Shown piece after piece: positions 14,837-20,000 of a DNA stretch of 20,000 bases. The notes under the pieces are model-generated. The model worked only from the letters and a program-made list of their open reading frames with translations. It ran no database searches and had not been told where the DNA came from. Made by a program: the position numbers and the translations under genes. Positions within the stretch are counted from its first letter, which is position 1; each line of letters begins with the position of its first letter. The DNA is from Acidimicrobiia bacterium (lineage in GTDB: Bacteria; Actinomycetota; Acidimicrobiia; Spongiisociales; JAENVV01). The stretch lies in NCBI GenBank assembly GCA_041577335.1, contig JBFGJH010000011.1:49552-69551 (forward strand), read 5' to 3'.

Positions 14837-16009
14837 TTACGCCAGCAGGCGCCTTTCCAGCGGGGTCCGGAACCGGGGTGTCACTACTGCCCCCTCGACG
14901 AACGCTCCGACAGCCTCGGCCTCTGCTTCGACCATCGAGACCAGCGACGGGCCGAGGTCGTCGAACAGTTCGAGACGGATGTCGCCGTCGCCGGCCTGAG
15001 CCCAGCCTCCCACAATTGAGCCGTTGGCCCAGATGGTCGGACCGATGTTCCCGTTTCGATCAAACAGCTCCCCGGCACGGTCGGCGACGTACCAGTCACG
15101 GTCCTTCCAGCCCATGGGCGTTGGATCGAGGGAAGGCAACAGCGCCGCCCACTCCTCCGTGGGCATGCTCGCCGCGTCATCCGCCCTGATGTACATAGGC
15201 GTACCGTCGACATCGATTTCGTGCGCCTCCAGCTCGGCCAGCGTGCGGACGGCGACGGTCTTGGTCCAACCCGTCCACCATCTGATGTCGGCCAGCGTGC
15301 CCGGCCCAAATGTGGCAAGCCAACGCCGAAGTAGATCGGCCCGGGCAGTGGGCGTGCTGATGTCGGGCAGGTCGTAGTTGAGCCACGAACGTCGCAGGGC
15401 CCATCGATACTGGCTGCTGAGCCACGAGCCGCGCGGCCGGGCACGCACGATGGAACCGTCGGTGGCCATGAGGAAGAGAATCCGCGTCGAGACGCCCACT
15501 TGGCCGCCCCAGGTCTTGCCCTCTCCGAATGTGAGTTTCTCGCCGAGCTCGGGGACATCCTCGGTCAGCTCGGTGGCAACGGCCTCTCCTCGCGCCTCCA
15601 ATGCCGCCAGAGTGGCTGCTTTGACCCTCCTCACCCAGTTCAGCCCTTCGTCGGTGATTCCTTCGCTCTCGACGTATCCCGCAAGTCGCTGTTCCTCGCG
15701 GGCCACGAACGCAACTGCGGCGCCACGATCCAGGACGGCGACCATGTCCAGCGGTACGACGAACATCGTGCGCCTCATGCCCAGCACGCGGGCCACCGTG
15801 CGTTGCTCGTAGAGGGCGTCTTCGATTGCAGCGATGGACGGGTTCCGCATACGGGCGCGAGCAGAGAGGAACACGGTGGCCGGGTCGCTGGAGTGGAGGC
15901 CGACCATGCCGTCGGCTACGGCGGCCAGCTCATCGACCCGCGCACTCGGGGCGAGAAGATGGCGTCGCCCGACGCGGGCTCGCCGCTCGGCGCTGTCCAC
16001 GGTCGTCAT
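14837..16009 (-). CDS. HTH_42 winged-helix protein, AlkZ/YcaQ DNA glycosylase family, 390 aa
   Basis: GLHSSDP...LSARAR, MRRTMFVV, RWLATFGPGTLADIRWWTG, LLPSLDPTPMG and FDRNGNIGPTIWANGSIVGGW. Start revised to ATG 16009. Confidence 0.88.
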   Translation of the reverse strand: MTTVDSAERRARVGRRHLLAPSARVDELAAVADGMVGLHSSDPATVFLSARARMRNPSIAAIEDALYEQRTVARVLGMRRTMFVVPLDMVAVLDRGAAVAFVAREEQRLAGYVESEGITDEGLNWVRRVKAATLAALEARGEAVATELTEDVPELGEKLTFGEGKTWGGQVGVSTRILFLMATDGSIVRARPRGSWLSSQYRWALRRSWLNYDLPDISTPTARADLLRRWLATFGPGTLADIRWWTGWTKTVAVRTLAELEAHEIDVDGTPMYIRADDAASMPTEEWAALLPSLDPTPMGWKDRDWYVADRAGELFDRNGNIGPTIWANGSIVGGWAQAGDGDIRLELFDDLGPSLVSMVEAEAEAVGAFVEGAVVTPRFRTPLERRLLA

Positions 16010-16116
16010 CCAATCTCGAGGGCCGCCTCGACGGCTTGACGCTGTGATCCTAGATGGCGGCCGGCTGACAGACCGCAAGCGCTTTAGAGTGGCGCTTTCG
16101 CGGGAGGAGCCGGTCC

Positions 16117-17259
16117 GTGCCGTATACGCAGGAACACGAAGAGTTCAGGAGGCTGGTGCGGTCTTTCGTGCACAATGAGGTGAATCCCCATGTCGAATCG
16201 TGGGAGCAGGCCGGCACGATGCCTCTGCACTCCATATTCTCCGCCATGGCCGGACTTGGCCTGCTCGGCCTCGAATACGACCCCGCCTACGGTGGCCAGG
16301 GTGCCGACCACCTGTTCACGCTGATCCTCGCTGAGGAGTTGGGGAGAGCCCACCATGGCTCTCTCCCCATGGCGGTCGGCGTGCAAGTCGACATGGCGAC
16401 ACCCTCGCTGCACGAATTCGGATCGCCAGAATTGAAAGAAAGGTACCTCCGCCCTGCCCTGAGCGGGGACATGGTTGCAGCGATCGCCGTGACCGAGCCA
16501 GATGCCGGTTCGGATGTGGCAGGGATCTCGACGAAAGCCACTCGAGACGGCGACGAATGGGTGATATCGGGATCGAAGATGTACATCACCAATGGAATGC
16601 AGGCCGACTGGCTGTGCCTGCTGGCCCGAACCTCGGAGGGCGGCGGCTATGGCGGTATGAGCCAAATCGTCTTTCCCACCGACACCGCCGGATTCTCAGC
16701 CGCCAAGCTCGACAAGCTCGGCATGCGGGCTTCCGATACCGGCCTGCTGACCTTTGACGAATGCCGGGTCCCGGTTGCCAATACGATCGGTGAGATTGGA
16801 CGGGGTTTCCAGCAGCAAATGAAGCAGTTCGTCATCGAACGGATGTGGGCTGCGTACAGCACGGTCGGCTCGTGTCTGGAGGCCATCGACCGCACGAAGA
16901 AGTACATCACGCAGCGGGAGGCGTTTGGTAGCGAGCTAGCCGCCAATCAGTTCATTCAATACACGCTGGTCGATCTCGTTGCCGAGATCGACATGTTGCG
17001 CGTCTACAACGAAGCGATCGCTGAGGCCTACCAGCGCGGTGAAGATCCCACCCGTCGCGCCACGATCGCCAAGATGAAGAGCGGTCGCCTGGTGCGCCAG
17101 GTGGGGGAGTGGGCCCTCCAGTTCCATGGCGGACTCGGGTATATGGAAGAGACGTGGACGGCCCGGTTCTATCGCGACAATGTCCTCACCGGTATTGGTG
17201 GCGGAGCCACCGAGGTGATGCAACGGGTCTTGGCCATGGCCGAGTTCGGAAGCGAATGA
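16117..17259 (+). CDS. Acyl-CoA dehydrogenase, citronellyl-CoA dehydrogenase (AtuD)-like, 380 aa
   Basis: IAVTEPDAGSDVA, GSKMYITNG, KLGMRASDT, LQFHGGLGY and IGGGATEVM; GVQVDMATP recalls the AtuD subgroup. SD GGAGGAG at 16103-16109. Confidence 0.9.
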   Translation: MPYTQEHEEFRRLVRSFVHNEVNPHVESWEQAGTMPLHSIFSAMAGLGLLGLEYDPAYGGQGADHLFTLILAEELGRAHHGSLPMAVGVQVDMATPSLHEFGSPELKERYLRPALSGDMVAAIAVTEPDAGSDVAGISTKATRDGDEWVISGSKMYITNGMQADWLCLLARTSEGGGYGGMSQIVFPTDTAGFSAAKLDKLGMRASDTGLLTFDECRVPVANTIGEIGRGFQQQMKQFVIERMWAAYSTVGSCLEAIDRTKKYITQREAFGSELAANQFIQYTLVDLVAEIDMLRVYNEAIAEAYQRGEDPTRRATIAKMKSGRLVRQVGEWALQFHGGLGYMEETWTARFYRDNVLTGIGGGATEVMQRVLAMAEFGSE

Positions 17260-17266
17260 GGATGCT

Positions 17267-18733
17267 GTGAGCGCCCTGGGGGCAAGAGCGCTGGTGTTCT
17301 TTGCGTCGGCCTCGGTGCTGCTGCTCGAGATTCTGGCGGGCCGCCTGCTGGCGCCCTATGTCGGTGTGAGCCTGGAGACCTTCACGGCGATCATCGGCAC
17401 GGTGTTGGCGGGAATCGCCCTGGGAAGTTGGTGGGGCGGCCGTATGGCCGACCGGCGGCCCCCGATGCGGCTGCTCGGGCCACTGCTCATTGCGGGTGGG
17501 ATCTTGTCGATGGCCGCTCCCACCGTGGTGGCCGCCCTCGGTCCCGGCTTCCAGGGTCGCGAACCGCTGGGCATCGTCATCTTGACCAGCCTCGGGTTCC
17601 TGGCTCCGGCGATTGTTTTGTCAGCTGTGAGCCCCATTGTGGTGAAGCTTCGCCTGCAAACGTTGGAGGAGACCGGGTCGGTGGTCGGCCAGCTATCAGC
17701 CGTGAGCACTGCCGGCGCGCTCTTCGGGACGTTCGTGACCGGGTTTGTGCTCATCGCCGCCTGGCCCTCGCGGCCCATCGTCCTCGTCGTGGGCGGAGCG
17801 CTCCTCTTCGTAGGCGCCGCCATCACGGTGAAAGCGGGGGGGTGGTCTGGGGCGGCCGCCGGCGTTGTTGCGATAGTGGCGGCTGCGGCTGGGATGCTGG
17901 CGCTTGCTGTGCCGGGCCCATGCGAGTACGAGACGCCATATGTATGTGCGCAAGTGCTCAACGACGATGATCGTGCCGGCGGACGGGCTCTCGTCCTCGA
18001 CACAGTGCGTCACTCGTACGTCGACCTGGATGATCCAACTCACCTGGAGTTTCGCTATATCAAGCTCATCGCCGACGTGATCGATAGCCAGAAGCCTGAG
18101 GTTCCGCTGCGAACGCTCTACATCGGAGGAGGAGGGTTCACGGTACCAACCTGGCTGGAGACCACTCGCCCTGACAGCACTCACACCGTGCTCGAGCTCG
18201 ATCCCGTACTCGTGGATATTGCCGAGAGCCGGCTCGGCCTCGATGCCGCCACGATTGACGAGATCCTGGTGGGCGATGCTCGACTCACGATCGCCGAAAC
18301 AGCACCGGGCGCCTTCGATGTTGTGGTTGGGGACGCGTTCAGCGGCTCGTCGGTTCCGTGGCACTTGACCACCACAGAGTTTCTGGAACTCGTCGACTCA
18401 CGCTTGGACAACGATGGGTTCTACGTGATGAACGTGATCGACTATCCGCCCCACGAATTCGTGAAGGCAGAGGTGGCAACGGTTGCCGAGGTCTTCGAGG
18501 AGGTCATGGTCATCGCGCCGGAGAGGTACTTCTATGGAGATGGCGGAGGCAACTACATCGTGGTCGCCTCGCATGAGGCACTCGCTCCGCAGGCGCTCTC
18601 CTCTCTTCTCGAACCCCGCGAGGCCCTCTCTGTCGTGCTCACCGGCGCAGCCCTGGCCGACTGGGTCGGGGACGCACGCATATTGACCGACAGTTTTGCC
18701 CCGGTCGATCAGCTGCTCGGCCGCCCGAGCTAG
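17267..18733 (+). CDS. Fused membrane (MFS-like) / spermidine synthase-like SAM-dependent transferase, 488 aa
   Basis: Hydrophobic N-terminal half (LEILAGRLLAPYVG, GALFGTFVTGFVLI). Class I SAM-binding motifs YIGGGGF, VLELDP, GDAR, DVVVGDAFS, PWHLTTTEF and LTDSFAPV. Confidence 0.87.
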   Translation: MSALGARALVFFASASVLLLEILAGRLLAPYVGVSLETFTAIIGTVLAGIALGSWWGGRMADRRPPMRLLGPLLIAGGILSMAAPTVVAALGPGFQGREPLGIVILTSLGFLAPAIVLSAVSPIVVKLRLQTLEETGSVVGQLSAVSTAGALFGTFVTGFVLIAAWPSRPIVLVVGGALLFVGAAITVKAGGWSGAAAGVVAIVAAAAGMLALAVPGPCEYETPYVCAQVLNDDDRAGGRALVLDTVRHSYVDLDDPTHLEFRYIKLIADVIDSQKPEVPLRTLYIGGGGFTVPTWLETTRPDSTHTVLELDPVLVDIAESRLGLDAATIDEILVGDARLTIAETAPGAFDVVVGDAFSGSSVPWHLTTTEFLELVDSRLDNDGFYVMNVIDYPPHEFVKAEVATVAEVFEEVMVIAPERYFYGDGGGNYIVVASHEALAPQALSSLLEPREALSVVLTGAALADWVGDARILTDSFAPVDQLLGRPS

Positions 18734-18734
18734 T

Positions 18735-20000
18735 TCACGAGTCGAGCAGCGCCCGCACGGTTTCGAGCGTGTCGGCCTCGGCAGCAGTCTTGTCGGGGCG
18801 GTATCGCTTCACCCGGGCGAATCGCAACGAGACACCTCCAGGATATCGGGGGCTCGGCAACACACCGTCGATGGCGACTTCGACCACCTGTTCCGGTCGG
18901 ACATGGACGACGTGCCCGTCGCGGCTCGACTCCAATCCCAAAAAGCGCTCGGTTTGCCATTGCAGCATCTCGTCCGTCATGCCTTTGAAGGTCTTCCCCA
19001 GCATGACAAACCCATCGCCGTCGCGGGCACCGAGGTGAATGTTGCTGAGAGTGCCGGTTCGCCGACCCGAACCCCACTCGACCGCCAGAACCACCAGGTC
19101 GAGCGCATGGACGGGCTTCACCTTGCGCCACGCTGCTCCTCTTCGACCGGCAGCATAGGGAGCAGCCAGGTCCTTCACCATGACGCCTTCGGCACCCGCC
19201 TCCACCACCTGGGAGAAGAACCGTTCGGCCACCGAGGGGTCTTCGGTCTCAATGCGTTCGACACAGAGCTGTCCGGGCACCGCCTCGTCGAGGATGGCGA
19301 GTCGCTCTGCGGTCGGCAGATCGAATACGTCCCTGCCGTCGATGTGGAGAACATCGAAGAAACGGACCGCCAGGGCAGCCGGGACACCGAGCGAGCCCGT
19401 CTCGAGGTTGCCCATCGTCTCAGGAAATGTCAGAACGGCCCCGGACTCGTCGATGCCCACCGCTTCTCCGTCGAGCACCAGCGCCTGCGGCGCGAGACCT
19501 TGCACGGCACTGGCGACTGCCGGCGCGGAGATCTCACGCAGGCTGCGCGTGTAGACACGAACCTCCTTGCCCTTTTTGTGGACCTGGACGCGAGCGCCGT
19601 CGAGTTTCACGTCCACCACCGCGGAACCGAAAGCCTCGACTGCCTCCGAAGCCGTGGGTGCCGTCTTGGCGAGCATCGGCTGGATCGGACGAAACATCTC
19701 GAGGCCATATGACTCGAGTGCCGCCGCTCCATTGAGTCGTGCGTCGACGGCTACCTGGCCCATGTTCCCGCTGAGCATCACCGCCCTTCGCACAGACTGG
19801 GGCGGAACCCCGGTCGCCCGAGCAACCCCGTCGACCATCACTCCTGCCAGGGCGCCCTGGCGAATATTGTCGAGCAGGAGCCCTTGGAGGAACTGCTGCT
19901 CGGTGGCTGTCAACGACTTGAAAAGGGCGTCGATTGCCGCGGTGCGCTCTTCGTTCGATCCCTCTCCTCCGATGGCGCCGATTGCGGCGAGCTCGGCATC
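18735..20000 (-). CDS. ligB: ATP-dependent DNA ligase, LigB-like (5' truncated by window edge)
   Basis: PIQPMLA, adenylation motif VKLDGARVQVH, VLDGEAV, FFDVL, EGVMVK, GRRGAAWRKVK and LRFARVKRYRPDK. The frame stays open to position 20000. Confidence 0.92.
   Translation of the reverse strand, partial: DAELAAIGAIGGEGSNEERTAAIDALFKSLTATEQQFLQGLLLDNIRQGALAGVMVDGVARATGVPPQSVRRAVMLSGNMGQVAVDARLNGAAALESYGLEMFRPIQPMLAKTAPTASEAVEAFGSAVVDVKLDGARVQVHKKGKEVRVYTRSLREISAPAVASAVQGLAPQALVLDGEAVGIDESGAVLTFPETMGNLETGSLGVPAALAVRFFDVLHIDGRDVFDLPTAERLAILDEAVPGQLCVERIETEDPSVAERFFSQVVEAGAEGVMVKDLAAPYAAGRRGAAWRKVKPVHALDLVVLAVEWGSGRRTGTLSNIHLGARDGDGFVMLGKTFKGMTDEMLQWQTERFLGLESSRDGHVVHVRPEQVVEVAIDGVLPSPRYPGGVSLRFARVKRYRPDKTAAEADTLETVRALLDS

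Noticed and set aside
16016..16031. Inverted repeat TCGAGG-gccg-CCTCGA upstream of the AlkZ-like gene
   Set aside because: A single 6-bp arm in GC-rich DNA that is not repeated elsewhere in the window; it cannot be distinguished from chance.
17267..18733. Naming the gene speE (spermidine synthase)
   Set aside because: It lacks the GGGDG motif and carries a large membrane domain, so the function is not established.
1..20000. CRISPR arrays, tRNA/rRNA genes, IS elements, prophage or defence systems
   Set aside because: No regularly spaced repeats, RNA-gene signatures, or transposase, integrase or phage proteins were seen. Intergenic gaps are all under about 280 bp.

Overview
A gene-dense, GC-rich bacterial window with 17 CDS, two of them cut by the window edges. 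The many apparently leaderless starts (TANNNT followed 5-8 nt later by ATG/GTG), a Septum_form lipoprotein and a LigB-type ligase suggest an actinomycete, possibly Acidimicrobiia-like (inference). The core (2864-12203) is a probable methylated-amine/betaine catabolic cluster. An atypical SDR and a FOXRED1-like FAD oxidoreductase are transcribed leftward. A DMG-dehydrogenase-like GcvT-family flavoprotein, a non-pyrrolysine MttB-family methyltransferase and a sarcosine-dehydrogenase-like GcvT-family protein are transcribed rightward, with an IclR regulator inserted antisense. Related 17-bp operator-like boxes precede both GcvT-family genes, and a possible 17-aa leaderless uORF overlaps the start of the first. 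Flanking genes: a Gfo/Idh/MocA oxidoreductase (partial), a ketopantoate-reductase-like hypothetical protein, yaaA, a lipoprotein, an ABC-2 exporter pair, ppk2, an AlkZ/HTH_42 glycosylase-like protein, an AtuD-like acyl-CoA dehydrogenase, a fused membrane/spermidine-synthase-like protein and an ATP-dependent DNA ligase (partial). I saw no RNA genes, CRISPR arrays or mobile elements. Family calls come from motif recognition by eye, not database searches.
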